The translations under genes and the position numbers were made by a program. The notes beneath the pieces were generated by a model that did no database searches, was not told the origin of the DNA, and was given only the letters and a program-made list of their open reading frames with translations. A DNA stretch of 64,000 nt from Callorhinchus milii (Eukaryota), in NCBI RefSeq assembly GCF_018977255.1, contig NW_024704742.1, positions 30,754,001 to 30,818,000 on the forward strand, written 5' to 3'. Each line of letters starts with the position of its first letter. Position 1 is the stretch's first letter. Positions 1 through 14,174 of the stretch are shown one piece after another.

Positions 1-1339
1 AGAGTCACAGTTTCAGGGCAGTAACAGTCCTTACAATTGCATGAGGTGCTCTGATCTCTTCATGAGTTTTAAACACTCGGATTGTCATTCAGTGGAATTA
101 TTCTGCAGTGAAATTGAACTGGCAACAGGGATTCTTCCCACTTTGTTTGTCCCAGCTGGACAAACAGCAAAACATTTGCCAGACAATGCTACCAATTGCA
201 ATCTATGTGGTTTTAATTGTTGGACGCCAGCAGTACCCGAACATACTCTCTGGGGTCCCCAAGCCTTGGCTCTTGCCAACCTGCACCTAATAATTTCCAG
301 AACTAGGGAAGCAGCATGCATCCCTCCAGGGGGAGAGTGCGCATTCCATTCCAACAGTCTATCTCTGGGATTTCGATGTGTAGGTGGGATGTATGGAATC
401 CTCAGGTTGGTTTGGATACTCTTAAACCCGGTGATGGGCATGTGTCAGACATCCGGGTAATCAAAAAAAAGTGAAATTGAACAGAAGGTTTTCATTGGAA
501 CAGGTTCCACCATCACTCACCAATACGTTGATGAAACCGAGAAAACAGCAACTTCTAAGTTGAGTCAGAGCTTAGTATCAGGATCATAAATTTTTGATGG
601 CAAGAGGCTGCAATGAAATATGCCCTTCGGCCCATTTGATCTCATCTTTCCAGAAGATCAACCCTCGTGTCTTTCCATTTTAGCATCAAGGTATTTGATA
701 AGGGACTCCAATGTCCTGTCTCCAAACAACCCTCGTGGTAACCCATTCTTGTTACTTATTCTCTTTTTAAAGAAATACTTCACAATATCTGTCCTAAATC
801 TGCTACGCACAACCCGCAATCTGCTCTCTCTTCTGCTACTCCAAGGCAGCAGGACAAAACAGTGTCTGGGTTTACTTTCTCTTTGTAATAATAATGATCC
901 TTACATTTGATATAGCACCTTTCAAGTGGAGATGACAACTCAAAGTGCTTTACAGCAGGGGATCCATGGACCCCAGGATAGGGGGGGGGGAGCATGTGAG
1001 ATATTTTCGAGGGGGCAGGTGTGGTGCGGAGACAGGAGACAGACCAGAAGTAAGTGCAAAGGCAACAGAAGCCTAGTTGGACGATTACCAAGCCCAACCA
1101 GTCCGAGGAGTGGATGTGAAAGCGTGTTCCTATGGTTCCAGTGCAAGGTATTTTAGCGCAGCCATTTGTGAGGAAGCTCATGCAGCCCTTGAGGGTGGGG
1201 GGGTCCTCAGTCAGGATACCTTTTGTCCTGGGGGGCCTTCAGCCCAGAAAGTTTGGGATATACAGGATATAAGCTCTAGCTTATCCAGTCATTTCTGATA
1301 GTATCTGTGTGTAAGTGCACACATAGAAAGGCTACAGCA

Positions 1340-2180
1340 CAGGTTCATGAGGATAATACTGGATATGAAAGGTTATAGCTGTGAGCAGAGGCTTGAGCAG
1401 AGAAGGTTGTGGGCTGATAATGATAGAAGTGTTTTAGATAATGAAAGAGTTTGAGAGAATTAATTGGGAAAAACTTTCTCCACTAGAAGGAGAGTCTAGG
1501 AAAAGGGGCATGAAATCAAGATTGTGATCAGGGGAATAAAAAAATTCAGGAGAACTTCTTCAGGTTGTGGAATGATTTGGGGTCCTGTGGAGTATGGGTT
1601 AGACACTCGCCTCGCAAGCGAGAGGACCCGGGTTCAATGCCCGGTCAGGGCGGAACCTTAAGTAAGTTTCTTACTCCCACACTCCTGTGCTTACCTAACA
1701 GTAAGTAGGAAACCGATTGTTAGTTGATTAAATAACAAATAATAACATTTTAGTCACTGAATCCACGATTGTACGTGGGACACTGCTGTGCGCAATAGGC
1801 TGCCATGTTTTACCCACACAATATACAGTCCATTCACTTTACAGTATAATCTGTGAAATGCTTTGAGACGTCTCAACGGAATGATAAGGTGCTATATCAA
1901 ATGCAAGTATTATTATCATTAATAATAATAAGCCAGGGGTGACTGTCAGAACAGAGCCGAATGCGGCATTTAAAAATGAATTTGACAAGCAAATGCAGTG
2001 CTATTTATTTGCGCATATCACTTTGGGAGGACTCTAAAAGTGATTATTCAAGGATATTAGAGGGGATGGGGAAGGAGTAGAGAATTGGGAATAGGATGGA
2101 TGGCTTGTTGGAGGAGCAAACACCAACATAAAAAAATGGGCTGAATGGTGTTCCATTGTATCATACATTTCTATGGTTCT
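1340..2180 (+). mobile_element. CR1 3' fragment interrupted by a SINE (about 1580-1930)
   Basis: Degenerate CR1 ORF2 end (aggttcatgaggataatactgg...gatagaagtgttttagataatgaaagag) resumes after the SINE and ends in tttctatggttctatg. Confidence 0.65.
1578..1930 (+). mobile_element. SINE family A, full length, inserted in CR1
   Basis: Same head (cactcgcctcgcaagcgagaggacccgggttc), body and tail as 58072. Confidence 0.85.
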
Positions 2181-4283
2181 ATGTCTATTTACATCATAAA
2201 CCATTCCAATAAGCATTGTAAAATGATATTTTTATGAGGTTGCAAAAACTTTCCAAATTCCCCTTATATGAGCCACTTTACTTTGAAGCTGCAGAGCCCT
2301 TTCCTACTCATTTCTCTTTGCTTGCTGGTGAACCCCCCAGAATATAATACTTGGTGAAAGTTAATCAAGTGAAACCAGGATATTAATGTAACCTTACAAC
2401 CTAAATCTATTACACTGATATGATATTCCACTGATAACGCACACACATTCTACCTAGCCTATGAATCATCATTTTCCACAAAATATTTTAAAAACCGAGT
2501 CTATCCTTCAAGCCTATTTTAGATATTTATAAGCTCGTTCTTAGATACTTAGCCAGTTTTTCAATGCATCATTTGGTTTAAATCTACGCATCATATAATC
2601 TGCAGGGGTGGAGGGGAAGGGTGAAACAGTGGAATTTTCTGCTCTCTTTTCTCACTTGAGACTTGCTAATATCACATTCATGTCCTTTATGTCCTTCTGT
2701 ACACAGAATCCAACTTAAATACACAGTTTCTTACAAATACACAGGTACAACATTTTACACAGTTGATTCTGTGACTTCTTCAATGACGTGATAATGTTCT
2801 ATACCAAATGCAAGAATCATTATTATTATTCTAAAGGCTGTGCTTGCATTCACTATTTCTCTCAGCATTATGAAACTTGTTACATTCTTTGCTGATAACA
2901 GGTTAATGTCGACTTGGAAGCTTTAGTGAATGATAAATAATCAAGTTCTGATCAGTTTCTTTTTTGCCCAGCACCATTAGGTGCAGGGAGCCATACAGAT
3001 CATAGAGATCCTGTGTTTGATCATACAGCATCACCACTACTTCACACTTGGCTGAGACATGCAACTTGAGGTACAGACTGAAGCCAGACCTTTCTTGGTC
3101 AGAATGGCTTGGTGTTGTACCACACTGCACGCTTCCCACTCAGCCATCAGAAGAGCCCCCAAATCTCTCAGCTATCCAATACAATTAGATAGCAATTTTG
3201 CTGTAACCTACATGAGGCTATGTAGTAAGTGAATTGAGATCCAAGATGTTTCCTGGCGTTTATTCTAAGCAGGATCCACTCTGGATGGTCCCAAGTAATC
3301 GATTATCAAAGAAATACTCTTCCCCGCTCAATACCCAGTGTTGAAATATTGTGCAGATTCCATAATTCAAAAGTGCTCCACATCACTAAAATAAATCAGA
3401 ATTATCAACTCAAAATAAAAGGATTAAAACTACAGTGTAATGAAGGTTGCTGCAATATAATACTGTACAGTACTAAGCTCCTGTCAGTGGTCAAGATCTT
3501 TAAATGGCTCAGCAGCATCACCGTCTGGTCATGTGTGGGATAGCAACAATTTTACTTTCTATATAAAAATATTGTCACCATTTGGAAAGGAAGTGTGTTT
3601 GTGTGTGTGGAAGGCAGAAACCTGGATGTCATTTTCCATACTTTATAACTCTTTTAAGCAAATCTTAACAACTTTCAATTTTTAACCATTAAAATCGGTC
3701 CCTGACCTCTTCACTTTTGCTAGTTTTCTGTCCAAACAACAAAAGTTGCTGTAAACTCTCAAAACTTTAAAATCAATGGACAATATACACTACATCCTCT
3801 TTTGAACGGGTACCTTGGTGATAAAATACAACAACGTATTTAAGAGGAAGCTTAATGCATGCATGAGGGTGCAGGGGATAGAGGGCTTGAGGAGAGTGGA
3901 ATAGAAGAGGTGGGGATTGTGCGGTGTACAAACACCAGTACAGACTAGTAACGCTCCATGTAATTCTATGTAATTCATGGGAAAAAGTAAAACCACTTGT
4001 GATGTAGCATAATTGACTCAAAATTGTGCCATTGACACATCATTTGAACAAGTGGCCAAGTGAATGACAAGGTAAAGACAATTGACAAGAATAATGGGTC
4101 CAATGGCAGATTCCATCAAAAAAAGAGAAAACTGATGGCTGATAGTAAGTAAACAAGATGCCAATATTGGATTGCAACATTTCCAGTTCACCATAAAACC
4201 CAGTTACATCATCAAAAACAACACAATGCAGATTCCAAACAAGGAAAAGAAAAATAAGGAATTACTAGTTCTCTAATTATCAC

Positions 4284-4843
4284 CAGGGCCAATAGAAAAT
4301 TGCGGAAATATTTGCCCCAAAATGCAGAGAAATTTGGAAAATTGTGGGGTGCTATTGGCCCACTTGGCCCAGTGGAATGGAATATGCACTCTCTCCCTGG
4401 AGGGAAGCATCCTGCTTACTTAATTCCAGAAAGTATTAGGCTCAGGTTGGCAAGAGCCTAGGCCTGGGGACCCGAGAGTGTGTGTTGGGGTGCTGCTGGA
4501 GTCAAACCAGCTAAAACCGCATAGCTTGCCATTGATATTGCTGTCCAGGAAGCTTTCCTGCTGCTTGTCCGGCTAGGACCACCTACCCGCTAGGGCTATG
4601 GCTTGCAGGGTTAACAGGAGCTGAGTGTGATGACTCCCTGCTCTTCCAAGTCCTGTTGGTGAGCCAGGCTGGCTGTGCTGTCATCAACAGTGCCTTGAGA
4701 TCCTATGGACCCACCTGGCTCAGCACTACTGAGACAGCCATAGAGGGCTGGCTCGATTCTGAGATGGTTGGTAATTTTCGCGGAGACGTTGGATTCTGCG
4801 GAATCCGCAGAATAATTGCAGCCGCGCTTTTCTATTAGCTCAG
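4284..4843. mobile_element. Non-autonomous hAT-like MITE containing a nested repeat
   Basis: Imperfect TIRs cagggccaatagaaaattgcgg / ccgcgcttttctattagctcag (17/22). Flanking 8-mers attatcac / gttattac (6/8). Confidence 0.55.
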
Positions 4844-5457
4844 GTTATTACTCTACCTGTGATTTGTAGCCAAAACAGTAACAACGTATATGCATTCTTT
4901 CACAACAGGAGGATGTTTCAAAGTGCTTCACACAGCTGGGGTGGGAGAAGGTCTCTGAAATGCCTTTTGTTTCAACCTGATAAGGCATTGCATTAAATGC
5001 AAGGATTATTAATGTTATTAATTATATTCCAAAGCAGATAATCACAGCTTGGTAACATTATTACCAATGTCAGCTGAGGAGTTTCTCAATAATTATCTCA
5101 CTTTTCGCCCTGTGCATCAAGGATAGAAAATCAGTGTAAACTGGATGGTTTTCTAGAGTATCCAAGCAGGAGTAATGCCAAAGGAGTGGGTGGGAAAATT
5201 ATAGGAATAGGAGTAAACTATTCAGCCCAACAAGCCTGCTTTAACATTAAATAGTTTGACTGCACTAATGTACTAACACAGTGGTTGGCCACACCCTGCA
5301 ATTATTTATTTTCAGTGTTAGGATGACAAAGTATACAGAACAAACCATTTCCAATATGGAGTATTACTTCCTGCATCACAAGATTGGTCTGGATGAAGAA
5401 GGCCCTTCAATCCATCTGATCTCATCCCTCCAGAACCATCCCCCCACCCACCACCAA

Positions 5458-6260
5458 TCAACAACAACAACTTGCACTTATATAGCGCTCTCTACGCAGG
5501 GTAGCATCTCAGAGCGCTTAACAGTTGTGGGGCTTGACTCTGAGCCGGGGGGAGGGGGCCGTAAGCACATTCGAAGAGGAAGGTTTTCAGGCGGGACTTG
5601 GAAAAGGGGAGGGGGCAAGGCGGAGCGATTGAGGAAGAGTTTCGGAGTATAGCAGCTGAAAGCGGGACCTTCTATGGGGGGGGGGGCAGAGGGTGTAAGG
5701 GACGAGTAGGAGGCCGATGCCAGTCAAGCGGAGGCGCCAGGTGGTGGATTGGGGAGTGAGGAAGTCGGGGGGTAGGAAGGTGCCAGGGAGTGAATGGATT
5801 TGAACACGAGTGTGAGGATCTTGAAGTCGGTCCGATCGGTGATGGGGAGCCAGTGGAGCCTGGCCAGAACTGGTTAGATGTAGGTAGGGAGTTTGGTTCG
5901 GATCAGTATGCGGGCAGCAGAGTTTTGAATGAGCTGGATCTTGTGAATGGTGGAGCTGGGGAGACCGTCGAGGAGTGCGTTTGAGTAATCCAAGCGGGAG
6001 GTGACAAATGTAATCATGAGGGTTTCGGCTGCATTTGGGGTAAGGTAAAGTCGGAGGCGAGCAATGTGGTGGAGGCGGACAATGTGGCGGAGTTCAGGGA
6101 TTGGATTTGGGAGAGGAAGAATAGCTGGGGGTTGAACCGGACGCCTAGACTGTGCATTGGTTTGGTGAATCTGAGGGAGAGCCCAGAGAGGTTGAAGAGT
6201 TTAGATCTGCAGGAGTGAAAAAGTTCACGGGAGCCAAGGAGTATGGCTTCCCTCTTGTCT
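5458..6260 (-). mobile_element. L2 LINE 3' fragment
   Basis: (CAA)n tail plus cttgcacttatatagcgc terminus. Degenerate ORF2 C-terminus (FVTSRLDYSNALL-type sequence), homologous to 38395 and 61340. Confidence 0.8.
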
Positions 6261-8769
6261 GTTCCACTGTTTTTGCAGCAGAAAACAGTGCAAAACCTCT
6301 TTAAGGTTCTCTCTGAATCGTCATCTCTCAAGCCTGAAGAGCCCTAGCGTGTTTATTCATTGCTCATAGCTCACCTATAAAGATTAATAAGAAAAAAATT
6401 AATTCACTGAACAAAACTTCTAAAAATTGTACAGCTTCAAACAATCAAGTACAGACCATTATCCGAACTGTTAATCCAAAAATATGATGTGTCCAACAGC
6501 ACCTCAAACTGCAGGGCTCAAACAAGAAATAAAATTTAACTCAATGGCCATTAGTGAGTTTAATGGCTAGATGGAGACTTTCCTCTTCGACCGTGCCGAA
6601 TATCACCTTCCCTTTCTTCCTGATTAGGGGTCAAACTACGCCAGTGTTAAGCACTATGAGACAACTACTCCGTGTGAAGGGTGCTATATAAATATATATT
6701 GCTTTGTTGGATTAATTTGATAATACTGCTTTTAAAATAACCATTTTCTTTCTATAGAATTAAACCTATATTTTATCCCCGTATACAGTAATGACTGCAT
6801 TTATGCGTGCAATCATGCCAGATTTATACTGGTGGAAGTGAATCCTCATCTCTTCCAGCAGTACGGTAACTCAGAGCAGCAATACAGCAACTGGGGTGCG
6901 CAATAAGCTGCTTACACGAAGCTCACAAAATATATAAACAAAATCAAAGTTTAAAAGTGGAGAGAACTTCCCAATATGCTGAACGTCCCATACGTGGAAA
7001 ATTTCAACTATGTCACACTTACAGTAATTATTCAGTCTAAAACTTTGGTTTGTAGCTTGGTATGACAGACTGTTTGGGACTTCAGTTCAGGTTATGAAAG
7101 CATGCATACGACAGGTATGTTCAGCCAATGATAATTCCGCCTGCATTCAAAGGAGAACCCCTGTCTTGGAGGTAGTTTCATAGTCAGGAGAAGTGGTGTA
7201 ATAAGCAGTTTATAGCCAAGAGAAGTGGTGGTGTAAGAGGTCTATAGCCAGGAGAAGTGGGTCAAAACTTTGCAGCGGAATTGCAATGCAAGCACCTTGA
7301 ATCAATATGAACTAGCGAAGCACATGGGGCAGGTTATGTTCCATGTATAAGTGCGAAGGTCTAGGTTAAAATGACAAAAAGTCTCTGATGACGACAGACT
7401 TCCTCTGTCCATGTTCATCATATCGGTCAGACCATATGGGATTTACTATACTATATGCAGGCAATAGAAATGAAGTTTTCTCTGCCTTCTATTAAAGCAG
7501 GGGAACAATAAGGACCTCTGCAGACACTGTGATGTGATCAAGGTCGTGCCAGACAATCCACAAGAGCCTTGCACAAGCAGGCCTGGGTCCCTATCTTCAA
7601 CATCTAGAACTGGCCATAGATAATGCCTTAGTTTTGTGCTGGGCATCACCATGTTGCTGGATGATGAGAATGGAGAGGTCACAATCTGACAGATCTGCTC
7701 TGAAGTATGACTGGTGACCAGGTGCCAGGTTGTTGGGGGCTGAGTTGATGCAAACAGCTAAATTTTCATTACGTTTTCCACAAGCTCCAGTTCAACATTC
7801 AGTTCAAACGTATCAGACTCTGGTTATTTTTTTTGTGAATATAAAGACCTCAAAGGGACATCTTGATCATAATAATAATAAATATAATAATATAATAATA
7901 ATCCTTAAATTACCTTTCACATCTAATCTACTCCAACTTTTACTTCAACCCCCACCCCTGAAAGTCCCTCACCCCCATAAATTTTTAAGTTTGGGATAAA
8001 AGCCAACTCTTAATAGTCTTTATGGAGAAGGCAGGACTGTACACCACCTCTGCTGTGTTCTGTGCAATGGAGAAATAAAGTGGACAGCCACAGACAAGAG
8101 GAGACAGAAGATGGGGGAAATGAAGGGGAAAGGGGTGAAGGGAGCAGGGAGGAAGAGGTTAAAGGGGAAATGAAATTTGTTAGGAAATTAAGAAGGGAAA
8201 TGAAATCACAGGTGCAATTATCCAAACATAAGAACCGTGGCATAAACAATGCACAAGAGGGGAACAGTTTACCAGCATTGGATTTTCATGAATAAAAGAG
8301 CACTTGACATTCTGGGTAGTTATAGAGTTCTCCATAAACAATTCAGTTTTACCACACCCCAGGCACCTTTAACCCCAGTCTACTTTGGCAGTAAGTGAAA
8401 CAAGTTTTACAGCTGAAAGCAAATGGTACAGAATAGGTTTGAATGGAATAGTTTTTTAAGTTTTAAACAAAAACATACAATTTTACAGACACTCAGATAG
8501 GGCAGATTATAACAGGTCTTTGCAACTAAACTCTCAACCTCCTGCCCTATAAGTCAGGGCCATCCTATTTATTCTCAACACTGGATCATGAAGACTGGAG
8601 AGAGGTTGAACAAGTCAGGTTACCAGCCAAGACACTCCTCCCCAAACACAAATCTATGCGATTGAATTGAACCCAAATAAATCCATTTGACAGAGAGAGA
8701 CAGATCCATTTTGCAGGTAGTGTGGGGGAAAAAAAGTGAGCAGGAATAAGAGTTCAACACTTCCTTATG

Positions 8770-9130
8770 CTTACCTGGTCTTATTTGGGTGCGTCTCACA
8801 ACAAACCGTAACTGTAGTTACTTGACTCCCAGCAACAGTGTCAACGAGGGTTTATCAGGCAGAGCAAAGCAGGTTAATGTTTGTACAGGTGTGTGTGTGT
8901 TGTCTCAGGAAGCTCTCTCTCACCTGTTGAGCAAGGCAAGGCTGCTGCGTCCTCAGCTTCTGGGCAGCAGGAACACAACGTCCTCTGCTGCCTGCAGGGC
9001 AACGTCGTCAGGTTTGGGCGACTTCACGCCCAATTGGGCGGCGTTTTGTTACACTGGTGCGTGAACTAATAGCTTTGGGCGGGTTGCTCATTATTTTTTT
9101 TAAAACGTACCCCCCGCCCCCCGCCCCGAA
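8770..9130 (-). promoter_or_regulatory. Small CpG-rich promoter-like region with candidate minus-strand non-coding first exon(s)
   Basis: GC boxes (CCCCGCCCC twice at about 9112-9128, GGGCGG), a CCAAT/ATTGG palindrome at 9029-9037 and CpG enrichment. Minus-strand donors CAG|GTGAGA (8923) and CAG|GTAAGC (8774). Confidence 0.5.
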
Positions 9131-10419
9131 AACCTTTTCTTACACAGTTTCAAAAGCGCTGACCTTAAACTAGTTAACACATTACACTGGGCTACTTTTG
9201 GGCTAGTGTTTGGTGAACTTTGGGCTACAAATGTATTTGACGACCAACAGTGCAGTGACTGGATATCTCGCAATTAACGCCTTATTACCCCCAGGTGGGA
9301 TTCGTGGTATACATATATATATATCTACTGTACCTGTTGCAGCTTCACTTGCAACCACCAACAACAACAAAATTACATTTGTATAGCGCCTTTCAGATCA
9401 GGAAGATGTCCCAAAGCGCTGGACCAAAGAAGCATTTCGCAGGCTATACTGTCAAGTGGATTGATTGACTGTGTATTTTTTGCCGTCAGTATTGTCTAGA
9501 ACATAAAGGAGCAAAGAAAAACAAATGCATTAAAAAAACAAGTGTGGAATCTTTTTTATAATTGCCAGAGAGGAAACATGGCCATGCTATTATTACTTAT
9601 ATACTTGAATCCCAAATGCTTTATTCACAAATCAACTAAAAATATTAATTGCATTGGTAAGAGTCACCAAAAGTCAAACTAATGCGAATGCAAGTTGTGA
9701 AAAAATAACATCTTGCATTTACATAGTGCCCTTCACGCCAAACAGCGTCTTGGAGCGCTTATTTTGATTCTATTATGGCATACTATATGACTCACTTTAG
9801 ATAACCTGGGCATACCACAATTGTACTAAACCTGCAATAATCCCTGCATTTGGTATAGAGCCTTATCAGATAGTCAAAACATCTCAAAACGCTTCTCACA
9901 ATTTACTGTGAATTGTAGTGACTAGGTACTTTGTAGTTGAGCACAGTAGCCAATTTGCACACAGCAAAGTCCCTTAAACAGCCATAGAGTGAATGCTCAA
10001 TGTTATTTGGGCCATTGTTGGCCAGGATATTGGGAGAAACTCCCTTCTCTTTTTGAGTAGTTCTATGGGATCTTCACCTGTACAGGCAGCCGGGACTTCA
10101 AATTAACGCTTCATCCGAAGGACAGCACCTCTGACGAAACAGTATTTCCCCAGCATTGAACTGGAATGTCAGCCTAGACTATACGAGTTTGAAGTCCCAA
10201 TGTGGTCGCAAACCTACAACCTTCTAACTCAACCAACTGAGCCAGGCTGACATTTTTTTAAATTCAATTTTATCGTGAATTGTTCTATAGTATATTGATC
10301 TGACAGCAGTAGCATTGAAACTCAATGAGTTGAAGATGTGACCTGAACTCTCAGCTTTGAGTGATATCGGACTTAAGTTTTGCTTCTAAGAGAGTAGATT
10401 TATCAGTCTTATCAATCTG

Positions 10420-10510
10420 TGTGAGTGAATGAGTGAGTGAGTGAGTGAGTGAGAAACAGAAAGACAGAGAGATGGAGAAACAAAGAGACAGAGAAAGAAA
10501 GAGAAAGAGG
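10420..10510. repeat. (TGAG)n microsatellite plus GA-rich low-complexity tract
   Basis: Directly visible. Confidence 0.85.
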
Positions 10511-10904
10511 ATCATCTGCATTGCTTAAATTGGGGCCCGGAAATCTGCGATTGAAGCAGATAAACAGGCACAGCCTCAATACTAGTCAATCAGGCACTTT
10601 GGAAGCAACCTGGCTTCCCATTTGGCTTTTGATTATTTTGCTATGAGTGACTTGACTTTTCATAGTCAGGGCCAAACATTTTTGATTCAACATTCCACAT
10701 GACTGGATGTTGACACCATCAGTCAGGTCACTCCTGTCGCTGCTTATTTAACTCTCAAGCAAGCAAAGTGAGAGATGCCAGGGAGATCAGAATGAGCACG
10801 CTGATTGACTTTCACATGCATTGGTTCCACACATTACATTTCACTGATTTGAGGAAATAGTCAGGTCTTGGAGGAGAATCATAGATTCAGTCATTGCTCT
10901 CCAA

Positions 10905-12272
10905 CAACAACGCAATTACATTTGTAAAGCACCTTTCACGTCGGGAGGATGTTCCAAGGGGCTGAACATTCGGGGACCAGGACCCGAGCGTGTGGGGGTG
11001 CAGGGTTGAGGTGAGGGAGGGCAGAGAGGTAGGAGGGCAGCTGAAAGCACGGTCGAAAAGGAGGGTCTCGAGTCAGGCCTTGAAGCAGGCAAGGGAGGCA
11101 GCAAGGCGAAAGATTGTGGGATGGAGTTCCAGAGGGTGGGCACAGTGAGGTTCAAAGCCCGGCCGCCGATGGTAGGGCGAGTCGGGCGGGAGACATGGAG
11201 CAGGCTGGAGCCTGCTAAACAGAGGGAGCAGACAGGTTGATAGGGGGTTAGCAGGTCAGAGAGGCAGGAAGTGAAAGTGAGGATGAGGATTTTGAATTCT
11301 ATCCTCTGAGGGATGGAGAGCCAGTGGAGCAGGCGAGGTTAAGGTTGATGGGGTCATGGAGCCTGGTGCGGGTGAGGACACGAGCTGCAGAGTTCGGGAT
11401 GATCTGCAGCTTGTGGAGGGAAGAATTGGGGAGGCAGACAAGGAAGGAGTTTCCGTATTTGAGCCTTGAGGTGACGAATGCATGTATGAGGGTCTCGGCG
11501 GCCTGAGGGGTGAGGCAGTGGCGGGGTCAGGTAGAGCGGGTCAAGGCATAGATATGGGTGAGAAAGGACAGTTGAGGGTTGAACAAAGTGCCCAGGTTCC
11601 TGACTGGCTTGGTGAGGTTGAGTGTGCATCCGTGGATGCTGATGCTGCCAATGCCTGAGGTGCGGAGGCGCTGGCACAAGCTAATCAGGAGGGCCTCGGT
11701 CTTGCTGACATTCAGTTGTAGAAAGTTGGCTCTCATCCAGTACTTGATGTCTGACAGACAGTCTGTCAGGACCTCAGTTGTCCTGGAAGTTGACCCCATA
11801 TCTGCGAACAATGTCACCAAGTGGGAGCATGTAGAGGTTGAAGAGGAGGGGACCAAGAACAGAGCCCTGAGGATCACCGCACGACACTGTGCGGGGGCTG
11901 GAAGAGAAACCGTTGATGGAGACAAATTGGAGACAGTGTGAAAGATAAAACCTGTACCATTCAAGGACAGAACCTTGAAGGTTAAGGTGAGAGGAGAGGC
12001 GGTGGAGGAGGATAGAGTGCGATTCCACAGTACCGAAGGCAGCGGAGAGGTCGAGGAGGACGAGGAGGAAGAGGGAGCCCTGGTCACAGATTGACAGGAA
12101 GTCATTTGTCACCTTGACCAGAGCAGTTTCCGTGCTGTGAGCAGCAGAGAAACCCGATTGGAGGGGCTCGTGAAGGGAGTGGTAGGAGAGGAAGGAGTGA
12201 AGCTGAGAAGCAACAACTCTTTCAAGGACTTGGAAAGAAAAGAGAGGTTGGAGATGGGCCGGTAGTTAGAAA
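10905..12272 (-). mobile_element. L2-clade LINE, truncated with internal deletions
   Basis: Minus-strand peptides [48 protein letters not shown] and VRNLG; (CAA)n tail at 10903. Confidence 0.9.
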
Positions 12273-14174
12273 GCTAATGCTACATACCACCTTCCTCAAC
12301 CCCACCAGGTTATGGAAATTTACATTTAAAATAATACACAACTAGCCTTGTCCATGCGATGCCATTGCAGAAGATTGCCGAACAGTCCTATTCATCGTGA
12401 CAATTGTCACCAGCAAGATCCTTCCAAAAGAAAATAAATAAAGCCAGTTACATAAATGCCACCTGTACAGATAGTAATAATTAAACAGAAACTGGAGTAT
12501 AATTTGAGGAAATAACATGTCAGGTGAAATTAATTTGGATATGCAAACCTACTTTATCAGGAAACATGTTTTCCCTTGTGGCACAAAGAGCTTGTGTTAT
12601 GATGATTAAGTTAATTAATTAGGTTCCACCCAACTTATATTTGTTTATAACACATAATTTTTCCTTCTCTGTATTGCTCAAGATCAGTGAATACTGGTTG
12701 TACTAACTGAGACGGTGTAGATACACTGATTAGAACACACAAAAGATGTTCAGCCCATTTGACTTTTAATAATAATAATAATAATCCTTGCATTTGATAT
12801 AGTGCTTTTCACGTCTTCTAGACGTCTCAAAGCACTTCACAGAATAAAGTGAATTGACCGTATATTTATGGGTGAAACGCAGCAGCCAATTAAACTGTTG
12901 GGAATAATCTTCTGTAAATGCAGCCTGAAAATAGGTTTTCATACCTGCACAATATTTTCTTATTTAGTGAAATCTATACACCTTCAAGCAAAAAGATCAT
13001 CAAAGTGCCTACACACAATCAAAGGGCTATAGATTTATGTATTCTGCGACACTGCCTGGCGTGAAGGCGCTATATAAATGCAAGTTGTTGTTATGTATGA
13101 AAGATAGGGCTGTCATTGATTCCTTTTCATTTCACGCACACAATTCAAGTTTGGCACAGACTTAGTGAGCTGAATAGTTCCCTTCTGTAGCATCTTGTTT
13201 CATAGCATCTGCAAAAAAGGAAACTGAAAATTGTTTAAAAAAAAGCTGCAGAAGAAAAGGTTTTAAATAACTGTTAGGCACAGGTTGCAAACACAATTTT
13301 GCTTTTATTATATAATGGACACATTTTTCTTTAGACTTTTCCTACACAAGGTCACAAGAAAAGTTCAGATATTTCTTCGGATGAAGCTGGCACTTGGGTC
13401 CATTACCTCCGATCATAGCATCAAGCTGTTTCTTAAATGAGTACACATTCCTGGACTACAAATGTAACAAATATCTGTGATTCTATTCTATACATTTGGT
13501 AGCTTCAGAAAATGTGAGGCTCCTTAGCCCCGAAACCCTGGAGCATTCTCTCTCAATCCCTTCACTTTGCTCCTTCCTTCCCCACCTGAAGGCCTATCTC
13601 TTCAACCGTGCTTGCGGTTACCTCCCACCTCCCTCTGGCTCAGTTAAGCGTTCTGGGATCTACCCTGCACGAGGTAGATATATAAATGCACATTGTTGTT
13701 GTCATTGTTGAACCACAATTGTTTACAATGCTCAGCTCAGATAATAATAATGTTGAAACAAATTCCAATATTACACTCAGACACCAGAACTAGTTTTGTT
13801 TCCTGTTACAGTAATCTTAAATTTTCATGTCTTCTCAACGTTTCACAGGGCTTCACAGAAAATTCTGTAAAGTGAATTGAGTATATTAACTGTATATTTT
13901 GTGAGTGAAACTTGGCAGCCAATTGCGCACAGCAGTGTCCCACAAACAGTCGTAGATTGAGTGACAAAATTATTATTATTGCATACAGTTTAGATCTGGA
14001 ACGGTCTACCTACCACTGCTTTCCTCATTTTGGACTATTTAAAGAACAAAAAGACATAGCATCTCAATATCAAATATCCCGTACAGAAATATAAATCCAT
14101 ATCAGCGATAAGAGGATAATATCAAAACACGCCGACAATCCAAGTAGCCAAGTGAAATCACACATCTCTAAAAT

